Virus genome (UHGV): UHGV-1541059
Direction: 5' to 3' (one strand)
DNA: 47,311 nucleotides
Source of the DNA: a virus
Both the position numbers and the translations under genes were made by a program. This document shows, one piece after another, positions 26,286-35,445 of this stretch. Numbering within the stretch: position 1 is the first letter of the stretch; each line of letters begins with the position of its first letter. The notes below the pieces were generated by a model. That model saw only the letters and a program-made list of their open reading frames with translations, was not told the DNA's origin and did no database searches.

Positions 26286-26870
26286 ATGGCTAAGGCTAAA
26301 GGCATTAAATTGCCTCAATTCAAAGTACCGCTCTTTGAGCATACAACCGTTTTCTTTTGCCCGACCCGCGAGATGTTTTATGAATTTTGCGAAAAGGCAG
26401 GAATTCCAATTGAGCCTGATTTCGAACTGGCAGGAGGATTGACGCTTACTTGCACTGGCGAGAAAGGCGGTAACTTCTACGTGATCGCAGTATTCGACAA
26501 TGAGTTAGGAACGCTGGTACATGAATGCGCTCACACCACATTCCACGTTTTAAGTGATGTAGGCGTAGTGGCGACCACTGATCCAACTCACCCGGCGAAT
26601 GAGACTTACGCTTACATGGTGGGGCGCATCTTTGATGCATTTTTCCCTATCCTGGCAGAATCAAACGAAGCACAGGTAGCGGCAATGCAGGCGGCTGAAG
26701 TCGTCGAGCAGGCATTGGAGCAGGCAGAAAAGGCGACTGATGCAGCAGAACAGGCGGTAGAACGGGCAGATGAGCCGAAAGAAGAGAAAAAACCAGCTAA
26801 GAAAGGCAAACGTAAGCCTAAAGCAAAAGAAGCGCTTGTACCGCGTGTAATGAGCTTTAAGCGGGGGTGA
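26286..26870 (+). CDS. HExxH-motif protein with Ala/Glu/Lys-rich low-complexity C-terminal tail
   Basis: LVHECAHTTFHV (HExxH) in a roughly 120-aa N-domain, then an AEQA/EEKKPAKKGKRKPK tail. Confidence 0.5.
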   Translation: MAKAKGIKLPQFKVPLFEHTTVFFCPTREMFYEFCEKAGIPIEPDFELAGGLTLTCTGEKGGNFYVIAVFDNELGTLVHECAHTTFHVLSDVGVVATTDPTHPANETYAYMVGRIFDAFFPILAESNEAQVAAMQAAEVVEQALEQAEKATDAAEQAVERADEPKEEKKPAKKGKRKPKAKEALVPRVMSFKRG

Positions 26871-26872
26871 TT

Positions 26873-26968
26873 ATGGACGCTTATGCAATAGCCGGATTGA
26901 TCGGCGTTTCTGTATTCCTGGTATGTTTTGCTATCGCTGTACTGATAACCGTAAAAAGCAAATCATGA
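26873..26968 (+). CDS. Mini-gene 1 of 12: 31-aa single-TM peptide MDAYAIAGLIGVSVFLVCFAIAVLITVKSKS
   Basis: Begins 3 nt after upstream stop; hydrophobic helix. Confidence 0.4.
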   Translation: MDAYAIAGLIGVSVFLVCFAIAVLITVKSKS

Positions 26969-27039
26969 ATGCCTACGATCTCATTTGGTTATTTGTGCTC
27001 ATCATAGGTATTGGCGTGAACATTTACAGGCTATGGTGA
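26965..27039 (+). CDS. Mini-gene 2 of 12: 24-aa peptide MNAYDLIWLFVLIIGIGVNIYRLW
   Basis: ATGA overlap with mini-gene 1; paralog of mini-genes 4 and 6. Confidence 0.4.
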   Translation: MNAYDLIWLFVLIIGIGVNIYRLW

Positions 27040-27043
27040 AAAT

Positions 27044-27118
27044 ATGATTGACCCGCTCATTATCCTTTCTGCCTGCGTCGCTGTATGGCTGGCGATCATG
27101 ATATTCATTGAAAGCTGA
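27044..27118 (+). CDS. Mini-gene 3 of 12: 24-aa peptide MIDPLIILSACVAVWLAIMIFIES
   Basis: Hydrophobic helix; 4-nt spacer from previous stop. Confidence 0.4.
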   Translation: MIDPLIILSACVAVWLAIMIFIES

Positions 27119-27129
27119 AGGTATTCACC

Positions 27130-27204
27130 ATGAATATTTACGATCTCATCTGGTGGTCGTTGGTCGCCGTCATTATCTATTTCTGGTGGAAAAATGTTGT
27201 ATAG
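27130..27204 (+). CDS. Mini-gene 4 of 12: 24-aa peptide MNIYDLIWWSLVAVIIYFWWKNVV
   Basis: Paralog of mini-gene 2 (MNxYDLIW). Confidence 0.4.
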   Translation: MNIYDLIWWSLVAVIIYFWWKNVV

Positions 27205-27212
27205 GTGACGGC

Positions 27213-27311
27213 ATGGATATATTCGAATTACTGGCGATTATGTGCGGCATGATGTTAGGCATTGTCGCCATAATTATCATCATCGGCCTTGTTATGGGTA
27301 GCATCAAATGA
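27213..27311 (+). CDS. Mini-gene 5 of 12: 32-aa peptide MDIFELLAIMCGMMLGIVAIIIIIGLVMGSIK
   Basis: C-terminal part of track ORF 27108-27311, whose TTG-started N-terminus overlaps mini-genes 3-4. Confidence 0.4.
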   Translation: MDIFELLAIMCGMMLGIVAIIIIIGLVMGSIK

Positions 27312-27388
27312 ACGCATACGAAATGCTATTGCTGGTGGCTGTAGTTGTAGTCATTGCCGTAGATGTTTATCGGGAGTTTAAAAAATGA
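27308..27388 (+). CDS. Mini-gene 6 of 12: 26-aa peptide MNAYEMLLLVAVVVVIAVDVYREFKK
   Basis: ATGA overlap; paralog of mini-gene 2. Confidence 0.4.
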   Translation: MNAYEMLLLVAVVVVIAVDVYREFKK

Positions 27389-27453
27389 AATGGCTTGATT
27401 TCTTTTTCCTGATTGTTGCGATTGTTCTCACCATGACCTCGCTGACTCAATAG
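27385..27453 (+). CDS. Mini-gene 7 of 12: 22-aa peptide MKWLDFFFLIVAIVLTMTSLTQ
   Basis: ATGA overlap; hydrophobic helix. Confidence 0.4.
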   Translation: MKWLDFFFLIVAIVLTMTSLTQ

Positions 27454-27461
27454 GTGAGCGA

Positions 27462-27536
27462 ATGGATGTTATCGAAGCCGTATTATTCGTATGCATCGCC
27501 GCGTTAATTATCGTAGGGGTGATTATCAATGTCTGA
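27462..27536 (+). CDS. Mini-gene 8 of 12: 24-aa peptide MDVIEAVLFVCIAALIIVGVIINV
   Basis: Hydrophobic helix. Confidence 0.4.
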   Translation: MDVIEAVLFVCIAALIIVGVIINV

Positions 27537-27597
27537 CAGTGATTTCTTAATCATGGCTATAAGTTCGCTGTTAGTTGTTATTGTTTTCTTCGCATAA
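27529..27597 (+). CDS. Mini-gene 9 of 12: 22-aa peptide MSDSDFLIMAISSLLVVIVFFA
   Basis: Overlaps mini-gene 8 stop; hydrophobic helix. Confidence 0.4.
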   Translation: MSDSDFLIMAISSLLVVIVFFA

Positions 27598-27611
27598 ACA
27601 AGGTGGACAAT

Positions 27612-27680
27612 ATGAGAGAGTCAGATTTTATCTATATGGTTTTGGCTATCGTCCTTATTACATGGGCGCTCACGCTTTAA
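27612..27680 (+). CDS. Mini-gene 10 of 12: 22-aa peptide MRESDFIYMVLAIVLITWALTL
   Basis: AAGGTGG RBS; hydrophobic helix. Confidence 0.4.
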   Translation: MRESDFIYMVLAIVLITWALTL

Positions 27681-27692
27681 TCAGGGGTAAAT

Positions 27693-27836
27693 ATGTTTGA
27701 ATTTATCGATCTGTTAATGTTCTTAGTTTGCTCAGGCGTGCTTATTATCGCGTTAATGTTATGTGTATATGTGATCGTAATGATTACCGCGCTTATTTAC
27801 AAAGAAGCAAAACAGAGATTTAAGGGTAAACAATGA
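27693..27836 (+). CDS. Mini-gene 11 of 12: 47-aa peptide MFEFIDLLMFLVCSGVLIIALMLCVYVIVMITALIYKEAKQRFKGKQ
   Basis: GGGG RBS; 1-2 TM helices. Confidence 0.4.
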   Translation: MFEFIDLLMFLVCSGVLIIALMLCVYVIVMITALIYKEAKQRFKGKQ

Positions 27837-27916
27837 AAGAGCTATTCGACTGGCTTGAAGTATTAACATACTGCGCAAGTTTTGTTGCTTGCGTATATAT
27901 CATCAATAAATATTGA
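27833..27916 (+). CDS. Mini-gene 12 of 12: 27-aa peptide MKELFDWLEVLTYCASFVACVYIINKY
   Basis: ATGA overlap; ends 10 nt before terS. Confidence 0.4.
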   Translation: MKELFDWLEVLTYCASFVACVYIINKY

Positions 27917-27926
27917 GAGGTGAAAT

Positions 27927-28412
27927 ATGGCCCGCACTAAAAAGGCAAATGCTGACGATAAAAAGCCAGCCGCTAAAAAGGTGGGCCGTCCGCATGGTTA
28001 TACCGAAGAAAAAGCATTAGAAATCTGTGAGCTGGTGGCGGACGGTCAGAGTGTTAACAAAATTTCGAAAATGCCTGGTATGCCTACCCGTTCCACAATC
28101 CTGAAATGGTTTAGAGACGTGCCGGAATTCTCGGACATGTACATGCGCGCGAAGGAAATCGGCTTCGAGGTATTAGCTGATGAGATCCTCGATATAGCTG
28201 ATGATGCTAAGAACGTCGATAAAGACCAACTACGCCGCCACCAACTAATGATTGAAACGCGTAAATGGTTACTGGCAAAACTGCAACCGCGTAAATATGG
28301 CGAACGCGTCACACAGGAGATCGTCGGCAACAAGGAAGAAGCGCCCGTCCAGGTTGAAGTCACGAAAGAAGAGATCGCCCGCATCGTCCAGGAAGTAGAA
28401 GACGAGGTGTGA
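27927..28412 (+). CDS. Terminase small subunit
   Basis: N-terminal HTH (GRPHGYTEEKALEICELVADGQSVNKISKMPGMP), immediately upstream of and overlapping the large terminase gene. Confidence 0.8.
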   Translation: MARTKKANADDKKPAAKKVGRPHGYTEEKALEICELVADGQSVNKISKMPGMPTRSTILKWFRDVPEFSDMYMRAKEIGFEVLADEILDIADDAKNVDKDQLRRHQLMIETRKWLLAKLQPRKYGERVTQEIVGNKEEAPVQVEVTKEEIARIVQEVEDEV

Positions 28413-29893
28413 TTATGTTGTCCATCAAAGAAAGGGTTATTCAGTCAAAATGTGAAAACGATGGCCTGTTTTTCAACCGCTATTTCTACAAGCAAGCAAA
28501 CGGTACGAAGATGTTTGTCTCAGGTCATCACATAGCTATCCGCGATGCACTGCAACGCGTTATCAATGGTGAGATTACCCGACTCATCATTAACATCCCT
28601 CCAGGGTACGGTAAAACCATGATCGCAACCATCAATATGATGGCCCGGTCCCTCGCAATAAATCCCCGCACACGCTTCCTTCACGTTTCATACTCCGACA
28701 ACCTGGCATTACTTAATTCCTCGACAGTCAGAAGCATGGTTTGTTCGCAGGAATACCAAAAGCTATGGCCCATGAAGATCCGCAACGATGCCAACAGTAA
28801 ATCGATGTGGTGGACGGAACAGGGCGGCGGGATATATGCCGCATCGTCACACGGTCAGATTACGGGTTTTCGTGCTGGTTACATGGAGCCAGGTTTTAAC
28901 GGCGCGATGATTATCGACGACCCATTAAAGCCCGCTGACGCTTACTCTGATGTGATGCGGGATAAGGTAAAGAACAACTACAACGATACGCTTGCTTCAC
29001 GTCTGGCAGTGCAAACAACGCCTGTTATCGTCATTATGCAGCGTATCCACTACGATGATTTGTCCGGCTACCTGTTACGCGGTGGCAGTGGTGAGAAGTG
29101 GTATCACCTTAACCTGCCAGTGAAGATCGACAATAGCATCGACTATTGGGATCTGTACCCGGAAAACGAATTCGCTATTCCTATTGCTCATAACCTGCCG
29201 GACGGCTGGCTATGGCCTAAAAAGCACAATGACAGCCATGAAGCCGGACTGAAAGCACACCGCAGGTCATTCGAGGCGCAGTACATGCAGCGCCCGCGTA
29301 AATTCGACGAGGAAGGCGCGTTATGGACTGAAGCGATGATAACCGCAGCGCACCGGATGCAGATAACGCAGGACAAGATCCGCACGGTGATAGCCATCGA
29401 CCCGGCAACAACATCATCTGATGAGTCGGACGAAACCGGGATCGTAGCCTGTTCAGCCTATGGTGGCGGCAAGTACGCACAGTATTCTGTAGACGGTGAC
29501 TACTCAGGCCGCATGTCTCCTAACGACTGGGCGCAAGCATCAATGAACGCTTATAACATCCATGAAGCTGACGCGATAGTTATCGAAACCAACCAGGGCG
29601 GGGAAATGGCAGAGGCCACGCTACGTAACGCCGGATTCAAAGGCCGCATTGTTAAGGTGCACGCAAGCAAGGGTAAATTCGCCCGCGCCGAGCCAATATC
29701 GGCACTGTATGCACAAGGAAGGGTGGCCCACACAGGCAGCCTGTACACGCTGGAAAATCAAATGATGGAATACGTGCCAGCTACCGCTAAAAAATCCCCG
29801 GACCGCCTCGACGCAATGGTGTGGGGTATCACTGAATTAAGCCAACCACAGGCTATGGGCCTCATGTTACCGAAGCGCCTGCGCGGATTTTAA
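28409..29893 (+). CDS. Terminase large subunit
   Basis: 494 aa; Walker A-like PPGYGKT; ATPase N-domain and nuclease C-domain typical of TerL. Confidence 0.85.
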   Translation: MIMLSIKERVIQSKCENDGLFFNRYFYKQANGTKMFVSGHHIAIRDALQRVINGEITRLIINIPPGYGKTMIATINMMARSLAINPRTRFLHVSYSDNLALLNSSTVRSMVCSQEYQKLWPMKIRNDANSKSMWWTEQGGGIYAASSHGQITGFRAGYMEPGFNGAMIIDDPLKPADAYSDVMRDKVKNNYNDTLASRLAVQTTPVIVIMQRIHYDDLSGYLLRGGSGEKWYHLNLPVKIDNSIDYWDLYPENEFAIPIAHNLPDGWLWPKKHNDSHEAGLKAHRRSFEAQYMQRPRKFDEEGALWTEAMITAAHRMQITQDKIRTVIAIDPATTSSDESDETGIVACSAYGGGKYAQYSVDGDYSGRMSPNDWAQASMNAYNIHEADAIVIETNQGGEMAEATLRNAGFKGRIVKVHASKGKFARAEPISALYAQGRVAHTGSLYTLENQMMEYVPATAKKSPDRLDAMVWGITELSQPQAMGLMLPKRLRGF

Positions 29894-29971
29894 AAACCAT
29901 CCCACAATCACCCACAAGTTTTTCTATTTTTCGCGTAGCAACGCGTAAACATGTATTCAGGAGTAAACATT

Positions 29972-31345
29972 ATGCCATCCAATTTAGAATTGGCGGTTAA
30001 TGCTGCCTTGTCACAACGCCAGGCGGCCTTTGCCCGCTATGCAGCCGCTAACCCATTCACTATGGGGATCGATGCTAAACGTAACGCCGCGTGGAGTGAA
30101 TACGGATTCAAAGAAGAGCTTACCTATACTGATCTATATAAGCTGTATCGTCGCGGTGGTATTGCTCACGGGGCCATTGAAAAAATTATCACCACATGCT
30201 GGCGCGATAGCCCGGTGCTGATAGAAGGCACTGAAGACGAGAAAGCGGAAACGGAAACACCCTGGGAAAGAGAAATAAAGAAACAATTCGATAACCGATT
30301 CTGGCGTGTTATTGCTGAATGCGATCGCCGTCGCCTGGTTGGTCGTTATGCCGGACTATTGATTCACGTCAAAGATAACCAGCCGTGGGATCGTCCAGTA
30401 ACAAAAGGGGTAGGCATCGCTAAATTCACTCCTGTATGGGCTGGCGCACTAACACCAAAGGACTTCGATGAAAACCCGGATAGCGATAACTACGGTCTGC
30501 CGACATGGTGGGAATACAAAGAACGCATCAACAGCAAGACCATCGCAAGGAAAATACATCCAGACCGGATATTTATCTTTGGTGACTATTCTGATGATGC
30601 TATCGCTTTCCTTGAGCCATCCTATAACGCTTTCGTTTCGCTGGAGAAAGTGGAAGGTGGTAGCGGTGAGTCATTCCTGAAGAACGCCGCACGCCAGCTT
30701 GCTATCTCATTCGACAAAGAAATTGACTTCCGCTCACTGGCTGCAACGTATGACTGCGACGTCACAGAGTTACGCGAAAAATTCAATGAAGCCGCAGCGG
30801 AAATGAATAAAGGTAATGATGTGATGATGGCGTTACAGGGCGCAACAGTAAGCCCGCTGGTAACTGCCGTATCTGACCCGTCCGCAACCTATGATGTAAA
30901 CCTGCAAACCGCCGCCGCTGGTATCGACATTCCAACGCGTATCCTAGTTGGGAATCAACAGGGTGAACGAGCATCAACTGAAGATCTCCGCTATTTCAAT
31001 AACCGATGCATGACCCGCCGCCAGGAAATCGGAGGCGAGCTTGAAGAACTATTCCGCAAACTGGCAGATCTACGCCTTACCAGTGAGCCACGCGACATAT
31101 CAGTGCTATGGGATGACCTTAACGCTATGACCAAAGCCGAACTACTGGAAGCGGCACACAAGATGGCGCAAATCAATCAGGCATGTCTTGCTACTGGTGA
31201 GCAGGTATTCAGCGGTGATGAGATCCGCGAAGCTGCCGGATATGAAGGGCCAACGCAGGAAGTAGAAGTGGAAGACGAGGAAAACGATGATGAAGGTGAA
31301 GAAAATAATCAGGCGAATACCTCCAGCCGCGATAATGCCATCTAA
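29972..31345 (+). CDS. Portal protein
   Basis: About 457 aa following TerL; acidic C-terminus; AGGAG RBS before ATG 29972 (track start 29951). Confidence 0.7.
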   Translation: MPSNLELAVNAALSQRQAAFARYAAANPFTMGIDAKRNAAWSEYGFKEELTYTDLYKLYRRGGIAHGAIEKIITTCWRDSPVLIEGTEDEKAETETPWEREIKKQFDNRFWRVIAECDRRRLVGRYAGLLIHVKDNQPWDRPVTKGVGIAKFTPVWAGALTPKDFDENPDSDNYGLPTWWEYKERINSKTIARKIHPDRIFIFGDYSDDAIAFLEPSYNAFVSLEKVEGGSGESFLKNAARQLAISFDKEIDFRSLAATYDCDVTELREKFNEAAAEMNKGNDVMMALQGATVSPLVTAVSDPSATYDVNLQTAAAGIDIPTRILVGNQQGERASTEDLRYFNNRCMTRRQEIGGELEELFRKLADLRLTSEPRDISVLWDDLNAMTKAELLEAAHKMAQINQACLATGEQVFSGDEIREAAGYEGPTQEVEVEDEENDDEGEENNQANTSSRDNAI

Positions 31346-32231
31346 CACCGAAGACCCGACCATGACAGGTAGGTTGCGGTCGGGAGCTATTAAGCGTTTT
31401 AAGTCCTGCCTGAAGAAAATAGCCGATCCATATATCGCCATACTGGACAGAATACAATATAGCCTGGCTGTTAATAAAAAATACACCTTCCAGATTTACA
31501 TGGATGAATTGCACGACATGCTGGAGGACGCCAGCGACATGATTGATGAGATATTCGAGCTAACCGACCCGGAAAGTTTTTGGTTTTGGCAGGAATACGT
31601 GAAGGTGGCATATCAGCGCGGCACGGCACAGGAATACGCCAACCTTGCCAACCAGTCTGTTACTTACTCAAGCGCTTATCCTGATGTATCCGCCGTGCTA
31701 TCAAGTACGACTTACCGCACGCGCCTTGCCCTTGTTCGTACCCGTGTATTTGAGGAAATGCGCGGGCTAACAGCACAGATCAAGAAGGATATGGCCCGAC
31801 GATTAACCGAAGGGATGGCCCGTGGTTTAAATCCACTGGAAATAGCGCGCACATTGCAGCAGGAAACGCAATTGCCGCTATACAGGTGCAAACGTATTGC
31901 CCGAACTGAAATATGCACAGCGTTACGCACAGCGCGTATGGATGAGGCAGAAGCGGCGACAGAAGAGCTTAATCTGCGCACCATGCAAATGCACATTTCG
32001 GCATTGTCACCGACTACCAGGCTATCGCACGCGCAGCGGCACGGGAAAACATACACCATAGATGAGCAGCGCGAATGGTGGAGCAGATCCCCAAATTCAA
32101 TTAACTGCAAATGTAGCACGATTACCGTATTGGTTGACGAAGACGGTAACATATTAAACAAACGAATATTAGATCGGGCGCAAGAAAACTATAAGGTTGC
32201 GCACGCTAAATATGGCGAAGATTGGGAGTAA
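31335..32231 (+). CDS. Head morphogenesis protein (Mu F-like / SPP1 gp7 family)
   Basis: About 298 aa following portal; assigned by position and family resemblance; start overlaps portal stop. Confidence 0.6.
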   Translation: MPSNTEDPTMTGRLRSGAIKRFKSCLKKIADPYIAILDRIQYSLAVNKKYTFQIYMDELHDMLEDASDMIDEIFELTDPESFWFWQEYVKVAYQRGTAQEYANLANQSVTYSSAYPDVSAVLSSTTYRTRLALVRTRVFEEMRGLTAQIKKDMARRLTEGMARGLNPLEIARTLQQETQLPLYRCKRIARTEICTALRTARMDEAEAATEELNLRTMQMHISALSPTTRLSHAQRHGKTYTIDEQREWWSRSPNSINCKCSTITVLVDEDGNILNKRILDRAQENYKVAHAKYGEDWE

Positions 32232-32235
32232 AACC

Positions 32236-33507
32236 GTGAGTAAAGAACTGATTCAGGTTAATACCAAATTAACCGCTAATACAATCCGCCGGGAAACGTA
32301 TAACGGGCGTGAACATATTGTCGTCCCGTCCTACACGTTACCATTCAATATCGTTATGAATCGGGAATATTACCCGGAAGCTGAAATTATCGCTAATTAC
32401 CAGTCGCTGGAGGGAACACTCGCCCCGTTAGGTCATCCTACCGTGGACGGTAAATTTGTTTCCGCATTTAGCCCGGAAGGATTAAACACGGGTTTTTGTG
32501 GAGCGTGGAACAGAAACGTTGAATTACGCGGCAACCGTGTTTATGTGGAAAAATGGGTGGATGTGGAAACCGCCAGCCATTCAGAGCAAGGCCGCGAATT
32601 ATTAAGCCGACTGGAAGCACTGGAGAAAGGAGAAAGCAAAGATCCGATCTGGTCATCCGTCGCTGTATATCGTCAACGTATGCCAGCTACTGAAGAGATG
32701 AAAGCCCAGGGGGCCGACCATGTGGTGAAAATCATGTCTATCGACCATGACGCTATTTTGCTGCATGAGCCGCCAGCCGCTTCACCAGAGCAAGGCGTTG
32801 GCCTGATGGTTAATACAGACCAGGCGAAACCGTTAATGTCGGTGGCAATGAAAGAAAACAGCTACCGCACACTTGAGAAACAATTAACCGACGCCGCGCG
32901 GGAATTATTCCCTGATGCCGATTATGTGTATGTGGTGGACTTCACTGATAAAGAAGTGACGATCGCCACTAATACTGAAAGTGCTCAAGTTTGCGCATAT
33001 GAAAAACAGGCTGATAAAATTATTCTCAATAATGGCGAGCTTGCAACCAACGAGGAAAGTAAATCCTGGTTTACTCAGTTCGCTGAACACCTTTCTAATC
33101 TTTTCTCCCTGAATGAAAAAATTAAGGCCAATAAATCGGAGGACGATCCCATGCCTTTGACCAAAGAAGAACGCGCCGAACTGGTAAAAGAAATTAACGA
33201 AGGCTTAGCCGCTAATATCGCTAATGCAGTAGCAGAGGCATTAAAACCAGTACAGGCAAGCGTTGAAGAATTACAGACCAATCAGAAAGCGATCAAAGAA
33301 GAGATCGCAGCAAACGCAAATAAAGAAGAAGCAGAAAAACGCGCCGCAGTTGCGAAAGTACACGGCGAAATTGTTGCTAACGCATTAAGCGGTGAAGCGT
33401 TAGAAGCAATGTTTAAATCCCTGGGTAAAGCAGCACCAATGGCAGCAAACTCAGCCGCTGGTGGAAATAAACCTGCTACCCCTGACATTAACAACTATTT
33501 CGCATAA
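32236..33507 (+). CDS. Putative prohead protease / scaffolding protein
   Basis: Globular N-domain plus C-terminal Ala/Glu/Lys-rich coiled coil; GTG start after GGGAG; upstream of decoration-like gene and capsid. Confidence 0.5.
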   Translation: MSKELIQVNTKLTANTIRRETYNGREHIVVPSYTLPFNIVMNREYYPEAEIIANYQSLEGTLAPLGHPTVDGKFVSAFSPEGLNTGFCGAWNRNVELRGNRVYVEKWVDVETASHSEQGRELLSRLEALEKGESKDPIWSSVAVYRQRMPATEEMKAQGADHVVKIMSIDHDAILLHEPPAASPEQGVGLMVNTDQAKPLMSVAMKENSYRTLEKQLTDAARELFPDADYVYVVDFTDKEVTIATNTESAQVCAYEKQADKIILNNGELATNEESKSWFTQFAEHLSNLFSLNEKIKANKSEDDPMPLTKEERAELVKEINEGLAANIANAVAEALKPVQASVEELQTNQKAIKEEIAANANKEEAEKRAAVAKVHGEIVANALSGEALEAMFKSLGKAAPMAANSAAGGNKPATPDINNYFA

Positions 33508-33517
33508 GAGGTGAATT

Positions 33518-33919
33518 ATGGCCCGTTTTCGTCGTGTGAATATTGACGGTAAATCTATTACCGAAACCGCAGTATCTGCCGCAGAGCTTAAACCAGGCAC
33601 CCCGGTAAAAATGACGGCTGGTAAATTCGTTGCCGCCACCGATACCGTAGGCCGTATTTATGTTGTTAATCCAGCATACCATGAAGGCCTGGGTATTGAA
33701 GATGCAATTCCGGCTGGTCATTCCGTGGTCGCTGACTACGCAGAAGAAGCCCGCGAATTCGCAATCCTGCTTCCTGAAGGTGCTTACACCAAAGATGCTG
33801 CCATCACCATCGGTGAAGGTGGATTTAAATTGGTAGCATCTGATGAACCAGTTTTTGCTTTCTGCCAGGAAGCTGTAACCCTTGAAGCGGCTGATTTTGT
33901 ACGTGTCCGCGTTGCATAA
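33518..33919 (+). CDS. Putative head decoration / capsid accessory protein
   Basis: 133 aa directly upstream of major capsid gene (synteny with lambda D). Confidence 0.45.
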   Translation: MARFRRVNIDGKSITETAVSAAELKPGTPVKMTAGKFVAATDTVGRIYVVNPAYHEGLGIEDAIPAGHSVVADYAEEAREFAILLPEGAYTKDAAITIGEGGFKLVASDEPVFAFCQEAVTLEAADFVRVRVA

Positions 33920-33938
33920 TAATAAGAGGTGAAAAACT

Positions 33939-34991
33939 ATGTTGTTTAATAAACACAACCTTGCTACCAACAGCCGCATTCGTGCTCAGTGGGATCACCT
34001 GTGGGCGCAGCGCAACATGTTCAATGATCGTGACGGCGCTCTTATTGCCGCAAATATGGCAAACATGACCGCTGACATCCTGGCATGTAATGCCGTTGGC
34101 GGCTTCGATCAGGAATTTTGGAAAGCTGTCGATAACCAGATTATCGAAATGAGCACCGAAGAGACTGGTATTGAAATTGTAAACGATCTAATGGCTGTAC
34201 AAACCGTATTACCGATCGGTAAAACAGAGAAAATGTACAGCGTATCCGGTGATATTAACGATGAAGTCGTCGTTAGTATTGATGGTCAAGCCCCGCATGG
34301 CTTTGATCACACTGAATATGGCAGCGATGGCGACCCGATCCCGATGTTCGCAGCGGGTTACGGTGTTAACTGGCGTCATTCCGAAGGTCTGAAAACTGTA
34401 GGCATCGACCTCGCCCTGGACAGCCAGCGCCTGAAACTGCAAAAATTCAACAAGGCCCGCGTTGATTATTACCTTAACGGTAACGCAAAAATCAACGTCA
34501 ACGGTAAACCTGGCCAGGGTATTAAAAATCACCGCAATACCCAGCAACTAGTCATGACCTCCGAAGATCTCACCACTGACGGATTCGACGCTCTCATCAA
34601 ATTCTTCACCACTGGTGCATTCGGTGTTATGGCCCGCAACAACCGCGTTGACCAGTATGATCTCATGTGGGTGTCACCTGAAATTATGGCTAACCTGGCA
34701 GCGCCGCACATTGCTAACGGTACTGTCGTAGGCAGTGTTCTGAATATCGTTAAACCGTTTATTCCGGTTAAAGAAATCCGTCAGACCTATGCACTGAAAG
34801 GCAACGAGTTCATTGCTTATCAACGCCGCCGCAATGTCATCACCCCACTGGTTGGTATGACCACTGGTGTAGTACCCCTGCCGCGCTTTATGCCGACTGA
34901 TAACTACAACTTCAAAATCATGTCTGCCGAAGGTTTACAAATCACCTGCGACATGCTGGGCCGTTCCGGTGTCGTTTACGGTCACAAATAA
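33939..34991 (+). CDS. Major capsid protein
   Basis: 350 aa, strong RBS, followed by a strong terminator; position between scaffold/decoration and head-tail joining genes. Confidence 0.7.
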   Translation: MLFNKHNLATNSRIRAQWDHLWAQRNMFNDRDGALIAANMANMTADILACNAVGGFDQEFWKAVDNQIIEMSTEETGIEIVNDLMAVQTVLPIGKTEKMYSVSGDINDEVVVSIDGQAPHGFDHTEYGSDGDPIPMFAAGYGVNWRHSEGLKTVGIDLALDSQRLKLQKFNKARVDYYLNGNAKINVNGKPGQGIKNHRNTQQLVMTSEDLTTDGFDALIKFFTTGAFGVMARNNRVDQYDLMWVSPEIMANLAAPHIANGTVVGSVLNIVKPFIPVKEIRQTYALKGNEFIAYQRRRNVITPLVGMTTGVVPLPRFMPTDNYNFKIMSAEGLQITCDMLGRSGVVYGHK

Positions 34992-35010
34992 TTTTGTATT
35001 TCCTGTAACT

Positions 35011-35038
35011 CCCCGGCGCGATGCCGGGGATTTTTTTT
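35011..35038 (+). terminator. Intrinsic terminator after major capsid gene
   Basis: CCCCGGC-gcgat-GCCGGGG followed by TTTTTTTT. Confidence 0.7.
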
Positions 35039-35056
35039 GTATGTGGAGCAAACAAA

Positions 35057-35443
35057 ATGGTCACTACAGAACAGGCGCGGGAATATCTTGAAAGCCAGGG
35101 TATTGACCTGCCAGACATTATCTTATCTTTGCTGGTGGAACAGGCAAATAGCGTTAATGAATGCCTTGATGCTAACTATCCGGCCTCCACCGCAACATTG
35201 ATTCAGCTTTATCTGATCGGGCTGTTAGGACTCACACAGGCGAATAAATACGTTTCATCACACACAGGTCCGAACGGTGCAAGCCAGTCCTACCGCTATG
35301 TTGATTTCAATAAAAAATGGAAGGCGGCTTGTTCGTTGCTCCGCTCGATTGATAAACATAATTGCACAGCAGAACTGATTCCCGCAGATCCTGAAGCCAC
35401 CGCACATGCCGGACTATGGATCGGTAAGAGTGGGAGGATGTAA
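35057..35443 (+). CDS. Putative head-tail connector / head completion protein
   Basis: Start at MVTTEQAREY (track ORF 35021 begins inside the terminator); position. Confidence 0.45.
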   Translation: MVTTEQAREYLESQGIDLPDIILSLLVEQANSVNECLDANYPASTATLIQLYLIGLLGLTQANKYVSSHTGPNGASQSYRYVDFNKKWKAACSLLRSIDKHNCTAELIPADPEATAHAGLWIGKSGRM

Positions 35444-35445
35444 CC

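Noticed and set aside
27108-27311. 67-aa ORF from the track within the mini-gene array
   Set aside because: It depends on a TTG start and reads through mini-genes 3 and 4 in another frame; only its C-terminal 32 codons (27213-27311, ATG with upstream spacing) look like a real gene.
35021-35056. Track ORF start inside the terminator after the capsid gene
   Set aside because: The first 12 codons lie in the terminator hairpin and T-tract; the ATG at 35057 is the plausible start.
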